Source: Planctomycetota bacterium (GTDB lineage: Bacteria > Planctomycetota > PLA2 > JAEUHO01). From it: a DNA stretch of 49,064 nucleotides. This document shows positions 1-9,809 of this stretch, in pieces. The first letter of the stretch is position 1. Each line of letters opens with the position of its first letter. Made by a program: the position numbers and the translations under genes. Location of the stretch: NCBI GenBank assembly GCA_965223505.1, contig CBDCWP010000035.1:1-49064 (forward strand), in the 5' to 3' direction. The notes below the pieces were generated by a model. It did no database searches and had not been told where the DNA came from. It was given only the letters and a program-made list of their open reading frames with translations.

Positions 1-891
1 CGCGTTGCGATTCCCCTCGGGCGTCGGCGGTGGCGTCGGTTCCGTCTCCGCCGGCTGCGGTTCTTCTTGGTCGGCGGGTGTGACGTGCGGCTCGAGCGCG
101 GGCTGGGGGCCACCTTCGAGACCAGCCGCCTCGACCGGCGCATTCCCATCGGGCGCGCTTCCACTTGCGTCGTCGTCGAACGCGAACACGTACGCCGCGA
201 CGGCGGCGACGACGACGGCCAGAGAGATGGCAACCACCTTGTTCATCACGAGGACTCCCACGAGTGCGGCAGCACCCCCCTTGGCGGCGGTCGACGAAAG
301 CGCGGCGGACGTCAGCGTCTCCGGTCCTTTGAGACCGTGCAAGAGCGGCAGCGCGGCCACGATCGTTCCCGGCTCGCGGCCCAAGCGGCGCCGCAGCTCG
401 GCCATCGCCTTGTGCACGCGCAGCCGGCACGCGTTCTCCGAGACGCCGAGCACCTGCGCGACCTCGCGGTATTCGAGGTCGTGGAGATAGCGCAGGACCA
501 CGGCTTCGCGCTGTGCTTCGCTAAGCTCCTTCAGCGCGGCTTCGACCTCGTCGGCGTCCCGCGGCTCCGGGGCCTTGACCTGGCGCCGTCCGGCATAGAC
601 CTCTTCGCGACGCTTGCGCCGGCGGTTGCTGCGATGGAGCATCAGCGCCTGCAGCCGCACCGTTCGGGCGATCCAAGCGCGCAGCCCGACGCGAACGGGC
701 TTCTCGCCGCGCTCGCCGGCGAGCTTGGCCAAGGACTCCTGCACCACGTCGTCCGCCTCGTCCGGCCGGCAGCCCATGCGCCGCGCCAGGTCCGTGGCGA
801 AGCGCACGTGAGGCCGTACGAGCGCCTCGAACGCGTACTCGTCGCGTCCGCGTTGCCAGCTCTGCCAGAGTTGGTGATCTGCCTGGTTCAC
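1..891 (-). CDS. ECF sigma factor with TM helix and C-terminal extension (runs off the left window edge)
   Basis: Not in the ORF track because it has no stop in the window. Manual translation from GTG 891: MNQADHQLWQSWQRGRDEYAFEALV...EADDVVQE...LRAWIARTV (sigma2), LSEAQREAVVLRYLHDLEYREVAQVLGVSENACRLRVHKAMAELRRRL (sigma4), then TM VVAISLAVVVAAVAAYVF and a Pro/Glu linker. Confidence 0.9.
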   Translation of the reverse strand, partial: MNQADHQLWQSWQRGRDEYAFEALVRPHVRFATDLARRMGCRPDEADDVVQESLAKLAGERGEKPVRVGLRAWIARTVRLQALMLHRSNRRRKRREEVYAGRRQVKAPEPRDADEVEAALKELSEAQREAVVLRYLHDLEYREVAQVLGVSENACRLRVHKAMAELRRRLGREPGTIVAALPLLHGLKGPETLTSAALSSTAAKGGAAALVGVLVMNKVVAISLAVVVAAVAAYVFAFDDDASGSAPDGNAPVEAAGLEGGPQPALEPHVTPADQEEPQPAETEPTPPPTPEGNRNA

Positions 892-900
892 TGCGAGGTA

Positions 901-926
901 CTTGCCGGCCACGCCCCCGATGTTTC
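901..926 (-). promoter_or_regulatory. Candidate ECF-type promoter (GAAAC-N15-GGCAAG)
   Basis: Ends 9 nt before GTG 891. A similar element (GCAAC-N16-GGCAAG) ends 9 nt before the paralogous sigma start at 42971. Confidence 0.4.
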
Positions 927-1098
927 CCTGAAATCGCGGGCGCGTAAAGGCACGCATGTCCAACGGGCCCGTCGAGCAGCGTGGCGATGTTCGTGTCCCG
1001 TTCCCCACGCCACACCGGCGTGGCGCGGCCCTCGTCCTCGACCGACAGTAGTCTGTTGGATCCTGGGGGCGCCGCACCCCGGGGGCGGACCTGGGACG

Positions 1099-2025
1099 AT
1101 GACGGACACGACTTCGAACAGCCAAGTCAAGCAGCGCGTCGGTGACATCGCCGGCATGTTCCTGGGGAGCGTGTTGCTCTTCGCGTCGTTCTCCAAGCTG
1201 ATCGACCCGGCCGCGTTCGTCGAGCTCGTCGAGTCCGAGGGGCTCGACTTCCTCTTCCCAGGCCCCGTCGTCGCCTACATCGGCATTGCGCTCGAGGTCG
1301 GCCTCGGCGCCGCGTTGCTGCTGTGCATCCGGCGGCTGCCGGTCCTGCTCCTGACGACGGCGCTCGTCCTGTTCTTCGTGTTCCTCACCGGCCGCGCCTA
1401 CGTCACGGGATCCGACGAAAGCTGCGGCTGCTTCGGCAACCTCCTCGATCGCACGCCCGCCGAGGCGTTCTGGCAGGACTTCGCGCTCATGGTGCCCGCG
1501 CTCTGTCTCGCCTATCTCGGGCGGCGCGCAGGAACCGGGTTCCCGATCGTGCGCGCAGGCGCGGTGGTCGGTCTGATCGGCTGCGCGCTCGTCTTCACCG
1601 GGATGGCGCCGAACCTGCCGCTCGATGGTCTGGCGACCCGCCTGGACGTCGGCGACGAGGTGGCCGAGATTTGCGCGGGTCACGGCAAGGACCGGGAGTG
1701 CCTCGACGGCTGGATTCCGGAGCTGGCCGAGGGCGAGCACATCGTGGTCCTCGCCGATGTCTCCGATCAACAGTTCTGCGACACGACGCAGCCGATGATC
1801 GACTTCGTCATCGAGTCGCCGGACGCCTGGCTGTGGGTGCTCACGTCCTGCGCAGAAGAGGACCGGCAGTGCTTCCACCTCGAGCACGGCCTGCAGGTCC
1901 GCGAGGCGCCCCCCGGCCTCATGCGCAGTCTGTATCGCCGCCTGCCCCGCAGCTTCCGGGTCCGTGACGGAAAGGTGACCGAAACGTTCGACGGCCTGCC
2001 GCCACTGGGGAAATGGTCGCAGTGA
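1099..2025 (+). CDS. MauE/DoxX-family redox membrane protein with C-terminal soluble domain
   Basis: Real start is probably ATG 1099 (MTDTTS). Several TM helices, SFSKLIDP and the CGCFG motif typical of MauE. Confidence 0.8.
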   Translation: MTDTTSNSQVKQRVGDIAGMFLGSVLLFASFSKLIDPAAFVELVESEGLDFLFPGPVVAYIGIALEVGLGAALLLCIRRLPVLLLTTALVLFFVFLTGRAYVTGSDESCGCFGNLLDRTPAEAFWQDFALMVPALCLAYLGRRAGTGFPIVRAGAVVGLIGCALVFTGMAPNLPLDGLATRLDVGDEVAEICAGHGKDRECLDGWIPELAEGEHIVVLADVSDQQFCDTTQPMIDFVIESPDAWLWVLTSCAEEDRQCFHLEHGLQVREAPPGLMRSLYRRLPRSFRVRDGKVTETFDGLPPLGKWSQ

Positions 2026-2079
2026 TCCGCGCGTTGGGTCTCTCCCACGGTTCGACCTCGGACCGATCGGGGGAGTAGC

Positions 2080-2940
2080 ATGACGCCGGAGTCGAGAATG
2101 TCGGACTCGATGCACATCCTTGCCGGGCGACGGGTCGCCTTGGGGCTCGTCGCGACGTGCCTGGCGGCTGCCGTCTGGAGCGGCCACGCGCGCGCCGACG
2201 GCGAAGCGCATTCGCAGTGGAAGGGCTTCCATGCGCGGGGCGAGTACGTCGTGCAGATCGGCGACGACGAGCTGCAGCCCAAGGATCTGCTGCAGATCCC
2301 GCGGCTCGCCTCGTTCCTGATCCTGAGCGACGAGGTCGACGACGCGATTCTCATCCAGGTGCGCGGCAAGACCGTGCAGCGCCTGGACAAGAAGTACACC
2401 GTGCGCCGCAAGGACGACAATGTGTATCTACTGGCCGACACCGAGTTCGAGTCCGTGGGCACGTTCACGCTGCAGGGTGCGGTGATCACGTTCGCGCTGG
2501 ACGGCAAGTCCGTGCGCATCAAGCCGAACCCGCCCCTGACCGGGCTGCACAAGGCCGAAGAGGTGCTCGAGCACAGCCCGCAGTACGAGCGATCCAAGCC
2601 GAAGAACATCGACCTGGGCCGCCTGGAAGAGGTCGCGAAGGAGAAGCAACCGATTCAGGTGGTCGTGTACTTCGGTTCCTGGTGCCCGTCGTGCAAGCGC
2701 TACGTTCCCTCCATCCTCGGTGTCGACGACAAGCTCGAGGACGCGGGCGTCAAGTTCACGTACTACGGGCTGCCGAAGCCGCCGCAGGCGTGGAAGGACG
2801 CCACGCTGGTCGAGGCGGGCGTGAAGAAGCTGCCGACGGGCATCGTGACGCGCAACGGACGCGAGCTCGGCCGCATCATCGGCAACGACTGGCGCACGCC
2901 CGTGCGCTGCCTCGAGGCGGTGCTGCGCAAGAGCGACTAG
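2080..2940 (+). CDS. Exported thioredoxin-fold protein
   Basis: Signal peptide (..GHARA), C-terminal VVVYFGSWCPSC CxxC and KLPT cis-Pro loop. Start could be 2098 or 2110. Confidence 0.8.
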   Translation: MTPESRMSDSMHILAGRRVALGLVATCLAAAVWSGHARADGEAHSQWKGFHARGEYVVQIGDDELQPKDLLQIPRLASFLILSDEVDDAILIQVRGKTVQRLDKKYTVRRKDDNVYLLADTEFESVGTFTLQGAVITFALDGKSVRIKPNPPLTGLHKAEEVLEHSPQYERSKPKNIDLGRLEEVAKEKQPIQVVVYFGSWCPSCKRYVPSILGVDDKLEDAGVKFTYYGLPKPPQAWKDATLVEAGVKKLPTGIVTRNGRELGRIIGNDWRTPVRCLEAVLRKSD

Positions 2941-3825
2941 CTAGCGTCCCCTGCGCCGGCGCGCGGCGTGGATGGAATGCACCAGCGTCGCCAGCAGGAT
3001 GATCGCCGCGCCGGCCCGCGACCACGGCCCCGGCACCTCACCGTGCACGATCCACGCCAGGAACGTGTTGAGCACGGGTTCGAGAAGCAGCAAGAGCGCG
3101 CCTTCCAGCGCGTGCACGTGGCGCATGCCCGACGTCATGAACACGTAGGCGACGCCGATCTGCATGACGCCGAGGTAGCCGATCCACGCCCAGTCGGTGG
3201 TCGTCGCTCCGACCACGGGTAGCGCCAGCGGCAGGCACACGACGAACACGATCAGGTTGCCGGTGACGGCGGCGTTGGCGGCGGCGCCGGCGGGCGATCC
3301 GCCCTCCCGCCCTTCCTCGCGCGCGAGCCAGCGCAGCCCCGCGACCGTGAGCGCCCACGTGACCGCCGAGCACGCGCCGACGACGTTGCCCAGGAACGGA
3401 TCCGACGCGGTGGCCTGCGCGGCCTCCCGGCCGGCGAAGAACAGGGCCAACCCGACCGCCAGCGCGGCCATGAAGAAGAGGTCGTTGCGCCGAATGCGCT
3501 CCTTCAAGAGCAGCGGCGAGACCAGGAGCAGATACAGCGGCGCGGTGGACTGGAGGAAGATCGCGTTCGCCGCCGTCGTGAGCTTGTTGGCGAGCACGTA
3601 CATGATCAGTGTGGCCGCGTACGCCAGGCCCACGACCACGCCGCGCCACGACCAGTGGCGTCGGGTCGCAGGCAGGAGCACCAACAGCGTGAGCGCCGCG
3701 AGCCCGGAACGGAAGCACGCGACCTGCCAACCCGTGAGACCGCACGCCTTGATGGCGGCGCCGCCCGTGGAGAAGAGAGCGGCCGCGGCCAACATCTGCA
3801 AGCGGGCGCGTGTCTCGTGTTCCAT
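2941..3825 (-). CDS. DMT/EamA family transporter
   Basis: About 10 TM helices in two EamA repeats; TTAANAIFLQSTAP, LLKERI and LLEPVLN motifs. Confidence 0.9.
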   Translation of the reverse strand: MEHETRARLQMLAAAALFSTGGAAIKACGLTGWQVACFRSGLAALTLLVLLPATRRHWSWRGVVVGLAYAATLIMYVLANKLTTAANAIFLQSTAPLYLLLVSPLLLKERIRRNDLFFMAALAVGLALFFAGREAAQATASDPFLGNVVGACSAVTWALTVAGLRWLAREEGREGGSPAGAAANAAVTGNLIVFVVCLPLALPVVGATTTDWAWIGYLGVMQIGVAYVFMTSGMRHVHALEGALLLLLEPVLNTFLAWIVHGEVPGPWSRAGAAIILLATLVHSIHAARRRRGR

Positions 3826-3838
3826 TCGCGGCGAGGGC

Positions 3839-4759
3839 TCAGCGGCCCCAGCGGCTGCGGACGTAGCAGTCGGGGTGGGCGCGCTGGAACTCCTCGACCC
3901 ACTCCTTGCTCACGGCCGTCGCACCGAGCTCGAGGTGATCGAGTGCCTCGAGCCCGTCGAGGTACGGCGGCGACTCCGAGATCTTGGTGCCCCAGAGATC
4001 GAGGCGCACGAGCTTGTCGAGCCGGCCGAGATGCGCCAGCCCCTCGTCGGTGATCCGCGTGTAGTTGAGCCGCAGGAACGCCAGCGTCGTCATGTCGCGG
4101 ATGTGCTTCACGCCTTCGTTGCCCACGGCGGTCATGTTGACGTCCAACCACTCGAGCGGCATGTCCCGAATGATCGCCATCCCCTCGTCGGTGATCTTCG
4201 TCTCCCGTAGACCGAGACTGCGCAGCTTGTCGAGATTGCGTACGTGCCGCAGCCCCTCGTCGGTGACCTTCGTCTTGCGAAGCTGAAGCTCCTTGAGGTT
4301 CTTGAAGTGCACGAGATGCGCCAGGTCTTCGTCCGTGACGTCGAGCCCGGTCAGGTCGATCTCCCGCAGGTGCCGCGCGGTCTCGACCGGCATGTCGTCG
4401 AAGGACTTGGGGTCGAGCCTGCGCAGCCACGCCAAGGGTTCCCGGAGCGCCGCGAGCTCGGCCGCCCGCTCCTCGTCGGGGCTGGTGAGCTTGGCGATCT
4501 CGGCCCTGAGGCGCGCGATCTCCGCGTCGCTCTTTTCCATCTCGCGCTTCAGCGCCTCCAAAGCGGCGGGGCCGACCGACCGGCTCTCGGGCTCGAGCTG
4601 CGGCCCGGGCGGCCCTTGGGAACCGCCCTCGACCACGGAATCAGGCTGCGCGAACTGCCCTTCCTCCTCGTCGTCGACGATCAGGGCGACGACGACCGCC
4701 GTTCCGAGTCCCAGAATGAGCAGTAGGCCGAGCAGCAGGCTCGCGAGGGGGTTGTCCAT
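3839..4759 (-). CDS. Membrane-anchored leucine-rich repeat protein
   Basis: N-terminal TM, coiled coil, then ~24-aa repeats LxxLxLxxTxITDEGLxxL. Confidence 0.85.
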   Translation of the reverse strand: MDNPLASLLLGLLLILGLGTAVVVALIVDDEEEGQFAQPDSVVEGGSQGPPGPQLEPESRSVGPAALEALKREMEKSDAEIARLRAEIAKLTSPDEERAAELAALREPLAWLRRLDPKSFDDMPVETARHLREIDLTGLDVTDEDLAHLVHFKNLKELQLRKTKVTDEGLRHVRNLDKLRSLGLRETKITDEGMAIIRDMPLEWLDVNMTAVGNEGVKHIRDMTTLAFLRLNYTRITDEGLAHLGRLDKLVRLDLWGTKISESPPYLDGLEALDHLELGATAVSKEWVEEFQRAHPDCYVRSRWGR

Positions 4760-4783
4760 TCGCCGCCAGCGTAATGGAACCCG

Positions 4784-6325
4784 CTACTTGGCGCGAGGCG
4801 CCGCCTTCTTGGACTCGACGACGCCCGTATGCGCCGCGTTGCCGCCCCAGGTGCTCCACCCGTCGTACGCGGCCTTGCCCGTGTCGATGCAGACCAGGCG
4901 GCCGTCTTGCGTCCCGACGTAGATGCGGCCGCCGACGATGGCCGGCTGCGATCGAATGGGGGACGCGACCGCGTAGCGCTCGGCGATCTTCCCGTCGGCC
5001 GGGTCGATGCGCAGCACCTCGCCCTTCAACGTCGCGATGAACACGAATCCGCCGGCGGCGGCCGGCGACGAAGCGAGGAACCCGCCCGCTCTCCTGAGAT
5101 CGCCGTCGATCTTGACCGCCCAGCGCGTCGCGCCGGACACGGGATCCGTGCATACGAGCTCGTCGCCCATGGTGTTGAAGTTGTTGCCGGGCATCGACAT
5201 GCCGCGCGAGCCTTGAAACGCCTGCAGCGTGGACACGCGGCCCTGGCCGATGTTCGCCAATCCCGCGGCGGCGTTCGCAGCGGCGGGCGCGGCGCCGCCG
5301 AAGCCGTTCATCGCGTCCATGGCGACGCCTTTCTCCTCGTAGTCGGATCCGGCTTGCACGCTGCGATCCAGATACTCGGCCTTGCGGGCCTGGACCTCGT
5401 AGGAGACCGACCGTCCACTGGTCGAGAGGGCGCGCAGCGCCTCGCGTGCGAGCTGCTCGTCCATGCCGTCGATGCGCGCCGAGAGGAACATGCGTCCGTT
5501 CGCGACGATCGGCGCCGATGTCGCGCGCTGCTTGACGGCCGAGAGGACCTTGCCGGTCGCCTGGTCGAACATGTACACGGTGCCGCTGAACGAAGTCGCG
5601 TAGAGCACCTTGCCGACGGCGATCGGCGCCGACATCACGTCGCTGTCGATCCAACGTTGCCATAGGATCTTCCCGGTCTTCAGCTCGAACGCGCCGAGCA
5701 CGTGCGTCGGCGGAACGTACTTCTTCGGCGTCTTGTTCTGCGGCGCCGGCGCGTGGCCGGCGGCGGGGTACGACGTGAAGACGATGCCGTTCGCGATGGT
5801 CGGGGTCGTCAGGAGCGGGTCACCGAGCCAAAGCGACCAAAGCTGCTTGCCCGTGTTCGCGTCGACGGCGAAGACCGTGCAGGACTCGGTGTTGAACACG
5901 ACGACGTCGTCCTCGACGACGGCGGAGGTCGGACCGTCGTCGTCGAGATTGATGCCCCAGCGCAGCGCGCCGGTCTTGGCGTCGAAGCAAAAGTACTCCT
6001 TGCTGTGGAAGCCGCCGCTCACGAAGACGCGTCCGTTGCTCACGGTGGGCGTCGGAACGGGCGCGTTCGCCGGCAGCTTGACCGAGAAGCCTCTCTCGGT
6101 GCGGGTGACGGCGCTCGCCGGGAGCTGCCGCGCGGTGACGTGCCCGGCGCGGAACTTCGTCGGCGGCGCGGTGAACGCCTTCGAGTTGACGTAGCGCACG
6201 GCGTCGATGACGTCCTGCGGCGCCGGGGGCGCCGGCTTCTTCTTCTCCTTCGGCTCCTCGCCGGCGAGGCCGGGGGACACGAGCAAGCCGACGCAAAGCA
6301 CGGACAAGACGGCGGAACGCAACAT
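4784..6325 (-). CDS. Exported PQQ-binding-like beta-propeller protein (BamB-like fold)
   Basis: Signal peptide; repeated FDAKTGALRW / VDANTGKQLW / FELKTGKILW blades. Confidence 0.85.
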   Translation of the reverse strand: MLRSAVLSVLCVGLLVSPGLAGEEPKEKKKPAPPAPQDVIDAVRYVNSKAFTAPPTKFRAGHVTARQLPASAVTRTERGFSVKLPANAPVPTPTVSNGRVFVSGGFHSKEYFCFDAKTGALRWGINLDDDGPTSAVVEDDVVVFNTESCTVFAVDANTGKQLWSLWLGDPLLTTPTIANGIVFTSYPAAGHAPAPQNKTPKKYVPPTHVLGAFELKTGKILWQRWIDSDVMSAPIAVGKVLYATSFSGTVYMFDQATGKVLSAVKQRATSAPIVANGRMFLSARIDGMDEQLAREALRALSTSGRSVSYEVQARKAEYLDRSVQAGSDYEEKGVAMDAMNGFGGAAPAAANAAAGLANIGQGRVSTLQAFQGSRGMSMPGNNFNTMGDELVCTDPVSGATRWAVKIDGDLRRAGGFLASSPAAAGGFVFIATLKGEVLRIDPADGKIAERYAVASPIRSQPAIVGGRIYVGTQDGRLVCIDTGKAAYDGWSTWGGNAAHTGVVESKKAAPRAK

Positions 6326-6464
6326 GCAGCTCTCCCTGAACAGCGGGGGTCCCTCGATTGGACCCGCACCGAGTTCAACGGTTCACGCCGGGTCCTGTTC
6401 GTCAGCGGTTTGCAAAACCCGAAAACGAAGGGCCTGAAACGCCCGAGGGGCGGGCGGACATAGG

Positions 6465-8666
6465 GTGGTGTCCGTGGGTACTCCCTTCACCAACCTCGAT
6501 GCGCGCCGGCTCCTGGCCGACGGCCGCGGGCTTCGGCGCCTCGCGCGCCGCATCCTCAAGGACGCGACCCGTGCCGACGACGCCGTCCAGGACGCCTGGC
6601 TGGTCGCGCTCGACAAGGCGGGCGGCGAGCCGTCCGAGCCGTGGCTGCGAGGGGTCGTGCGCAACACCGCGCGCAACGCCGCCCGCGGCGATCGACGTCG
6701 TGGCACGCACGAGGCGCGCGTCCCGAGCGGGCCGGGGCCGAAGAGCCCGGCCGACCTCGCCGAGCAGATGGAAGAGCATCGCGCGCTCGTCGAGGCGCTG
6801 ACCGAGCTGCCGGAGCCGTATCGAACGACGTTGTGGATGCGCTACTTCGCCGGTCGTTCACCGTCTTCGATCGCGAAGCACTTCGAGGTGCCGGCGGCGA
6901 CGGTGCGTGTTCGCTGCAAGCGCGCATTGGCCCTGTTGCGACAACGGCTGGATTCGCGGCACGACGGCGACCGGCGCGGTTGGATGGCCGCGCTCGTTCC
7001 GTTGTCGGGCGTCGGGGGACTGCGCACGGGCGTGCTTTGGAGCATGCTCATGACGGCGAAGACGAAGTTGGTGGCGGCCGGCGTTCTCGTGTTGGTCCTG
7101 CTCACGGCCGGCGTGCTCGTGTGGTTGCCCGACGACCAAGGCGAGCAACCGGACGCGGACACGGAGCTCGTCGCCGAAGGGGAGCAACGCCCCGAGCTCG
7201 CGCCGCTCGAGGCCGGCGGGGCGACCGAGGACGAACCGATCGACGACGAGGTCGACGATTCCGCATCGGACGAGGTCGAAGGCGACCGCACGCCGGAGCC
7301 GCAGAACGAGCCGGAGGACGGCGTCCCGCTCGGCGGCCGGGTGTTCGGTGCGGACGGCAAGCCCTTGTCCGAAGTGACCGTCTACCTGGTGCCCAAGGAC
7401 ACGTCGAAACGCGGACCGAGGTTCGATCCGGTTCGCGTTGAGACGACGAAGGACGGACGCTGGAAGTTCGTCGCGCCTCGCGACTACCGCGACTACTGGT
7501 TCGCGGCCGCGCCCAAGAGCCACGCGGGGTTGTTACATGCGTTCGTGGACGGGGCGTCGGTCGTACCGGACACGCCGGTCGAATTCCGCTTGAAGGCCGC
7601 GTTCGAGCGCACGTTCATCGTCGAGAGCGTGAGCGGGCGCGATCTGGAGCAGCTACGGATCGGCGCCATCCCGCGCGACGTGGACAAGATCGTCACCTGG
7701 CCCGGACCCGGGGAGCCCACGATGGGATCCTGGGGCGTCGGCTTGGGGGACGATCGCCGCTGGACCGTCAAGCTGCCGTACGACGGCCCCATCCGGGTCT
7801 CCGTGGCGGCGCACCGCTTCGCGACCGAGGTGTTCGTCGTCGACGAAGGCGATCGACGCCCGGAGATCCGCGTCGCCTTGCGCGACTCGAGCATCGTGCG
7901 CATCCGCGTGAAGGGCTTCGAGCCGGAGACCGGGTGGATCAACGCCACGCTCCACGTGGTCGGCGGCCCGCTCGACGGTCACCAGTTCGGCAGCGCGGGC
8001 ATGCGCGACGGCATCATCGAGTTTCGGTCCCGCGTCGGGCCCGGGACGTACCGCGCGAAACTCTACTCGCAGGTCATCGAAACGAAGTTCATCGAGCCGA
8101 TCGTCGTGGAGGGGTATGGACAGACGGTCGAGCTCGAGACGTCCGTTACGCGCAAGACGGACATCGGCGAGCTCACGATCCGTGTGCCCGCGTCGCGCGA
8201 GCGCACGCAGCACCCGTGGTATCTCATCCGGCGCAAGGCCGACGGTGATTGGACGGCGGCGTATTTCTTCGCCACGCGGGAGAGCGAGCTGCTCTGGCGC
8301 TTCCTCGACGCAGGTCGCTACGACATCGTCATTGCGAACGAGCAGATGAACCTGTGCGCGGCCCTGCGAGGCGTGCGCGTCCTGCCGGGGGAGGTGACGA
8401 AGCTGTCGCCGGTGTTCGGGCGGGCCGTGTCGAAGCGGATGCCGAAGCTCGCGCTCGTCCTCGACGAGATCGCGCGGGCGGACGTGCTGGGGCCGGACGG
8501 CGGCACGCTGCCGCTGTATTCGGCGCGCGGCCAGTCGTGGGGTGTCTCTGCGATGCCGAGCGCCGGCACGAAGCTCGGCCCCTTCCCCGAGGGCGTGCGC
8601 ACGCTGCGCCTCACGCTGAAGAACGGCAAGACCGAGGACGTGGAGCTCGACGACGCGCAGAAGTAG
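6465..8666 (+). CDS. ECF sigma factor fused to TM helix and extracytoplasmic beta-sandwich (carboxypeptidase-regulatory-like) domains
   Basis: ADDAVQDAW and PWLRGVVRN (sigma2); LPEPYRTTLWMRYF...TVRVRCKRALALLRQRL (sigma4); TM LVAAGVLVLVLLTAGVLVW; GRVFGADGKPLSEVTVYL. Confidence 0.9.
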   Translation: MVSVGTPFTNLDARRLLADGRGLRRLARRILKDATRADDAVQDAWLVALDKAGGEPSEPWLRGVVRNTARNAARGDRRRGTHEARVPSGPGPKSPADLAEQMEEHRALVEALTELPEPYRTTLWMRYFAGRSPSSIAKHFEVPAATVRVRCKRALALLRQRLDSRHDGDRRGWMAALVPLSGVGGLRTGVLWSMLMTAKTKLVAAGVLVLVLLTAGVLVWLPDDQGEQPDADTELVAEGEQRPELAPLEAGGATEDEPIDDEVDDSASDEVEGDRTPEPQNEPEDGVPLGGRVFGADGKPLSEVTVYLVPKDTSKRGPRFDPVRVETTKDGRWKFVAPRDYRDYWFAAAPKSHAGLLHAFVDGASVVPDTPVEFRLKAAFERTFIVESVSGRDLEQLRIGAIPRDVDKIVTWPGPGEPTMGSWGVGLGDDRRWTVKLPYDGPIRVSVAAHRFATEVFVVDEGDRRPEIRVALRDSSIVRIRVKGFEPETGWINATLHVVGGPLDGHQFGSAGMRDGIIEFRSRVGPGTYRAKLYSQVIETKFIEPIVVEGYGQTVELETSVTRKTDIGELTIRVPASRERTQHPWYLIRRKADGDWTAAYFFATRESELLWRFLDAGRYDIVIANEQMNLCAALRGVRVLPGEVTKLSPVFGRAVSKRMPKLALVLDEIARADVLGPDGGTLPLYSARGQSWGVSAMPSAGTKLGPFPEGVRTLRLTLKNGKTEDVELDDAQK

Positions 8667-8672
8667 CGCGAC

Positions 8673-9809
8673 TCAGTCGCCCGTCAGCACCAGCCCCGGG
8701 GTCGCGCGCGTCAGGAAGAGGATCGCGAAGCACGTGTCCGTGATCCGCATGTACGACGGTCGCCGGTCGGGGGCGTTCTTGTTCGTCCAGCTGCCGTCGC
8801 CGCGCTGCTCCGCGAGGATGAACGTCGCGCCCTTCGGATACCAGGCGTGCTCGCCGATGGTGTCGATGTCGAGGATCTTGCCGACGCGCTCGATCGAGTA
8901 GAGGTAGTAGTAGAGCCACGTGTCGAGGCCGATGATCTGGCTCTGGTCGTTGTCCACGTTCCGGTCCACGCGGAACTTCCTGGCCAACCACGCGAGTCCC
9001 TTGACGATCGCCTTGTGCTTCCCGGGGTTCTTCTTCCCCAGTGCGTGCCAACACAACGCCACGCTGCAGACCCCCGCGCACGTCAACGACGCGTACCCGC
9101 CCGCGTCCTGCTCGCCGCCGTACACGTAGCCCCAGCTGCCGTCGCGCTGCTGGTACTTCACGATGTAGCCCAGCGCCGCCTTCCACGTGGCGTCGGGAAC
9201 CTCGATGCCGCAGTCCAAGCAGGCCTTCAGACCGAGAATCGCGAACTGCGTGTTCGAGAAGTCGCCCTTGCCCTTGCGCTTCGGCGCGACGCGCTTGATC
9301 TGGATCTTCTCCGGAAGCGGCTCCGCGTCCGGGCCGGAAGCGAACGGCGGCGCTACCTCGACCGGCTTGGCGAAGCCGTCGGCCCACACCGGATAGCCCC
9401 ACTCGCCTCCGGGAAGCTGCGTGTCGACGAGCCACTGCGCACAGTGCGCGAGCCGCCGGCGGTGGCGCTGCGGGTCGATCTTGCGCAGCGCCATCGCCAT
9501 CGTCGCGACCCGGTACGTGTACGCGAGCTCGCACGAGCCCAGCTGCTTCAAACCCTCCTTGAACGTCTTGTCGCCGACGGTGACGCCGCTGTGTGCGAGC
9601 GTGAGCATCACGAGCTCGATCGTCGCGTTCCACTTCGTCGCGCCGACGTCGCCGTCCGCGAGCGCGCTCTTCAGGTACGCGGCGCCCGACGACACGGCCT
9701 CTGCGACGGCGCGGCGCGACGGCCCGTCGTTCGCCCGTGCGGCGTCGGGCGAACCGACGAGCAGGAGCAGCAGCGCGAGTGCCGGGCACGCGCGTCTTGC
9801 CGCTCTCAC
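8673..9809 (-). CDS. Exported prenyltransferase/squalene-oxidase-repeat (alpha-barrel) protein
   Basis: GTG 9809 overlaps the upstream TGA. Signal peptide; QW-like repeats QLPGGEWGY, QQRDGSWGY, QRGDGSW; DFSNTQFAILGL; YYYLYSIERVG; DTCFAILFL. Confidence 0.8.
   Translation of the reverse strand: MRAARRACPALALLLLLVGSPDAARANDGPSRRAVAEAVSSGAAYLKSALADGDVGATKWNATIELVMLTLAHSGVTVGDKTFKEGLKQLGSCELAYTYRVATMAMALRKIDPQRHRRRLAHCAQWLVDTQLPGGEWGYPVWADGFAKPVEVAPPFASGPDAEPLPEKIQIKRVAPKRKGKGDFSNTQFAILGLKACLDCGIEVPDATWKAALGYIVKYQQRDGSWGYVYGGEQDAGGYASLTCAGVCSVALCWHALGKKNPGKHKAIVKGLAWLARKFRVDRNVDNDQSQIIGLDTWLYYYLYSIERVGKILDIDTIGEHAWYPKGATFILAEQRGDGSWTNKNAPDRRPSYMRITDTCFAILFLTRATPGLVLTGD

Noticed and set aside
67..1098. 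Long N-terminal extension of the MauE-like ORF
   Set aside because: It is the antisense of the minus-strand ECF gene at 1-891; the plausible start is 1099.
8673..9809. Squalene-hopene cyclase
   Set aside because: Too short, has a signal peptide and lacks DxDD; only the barrel repeats are shared.
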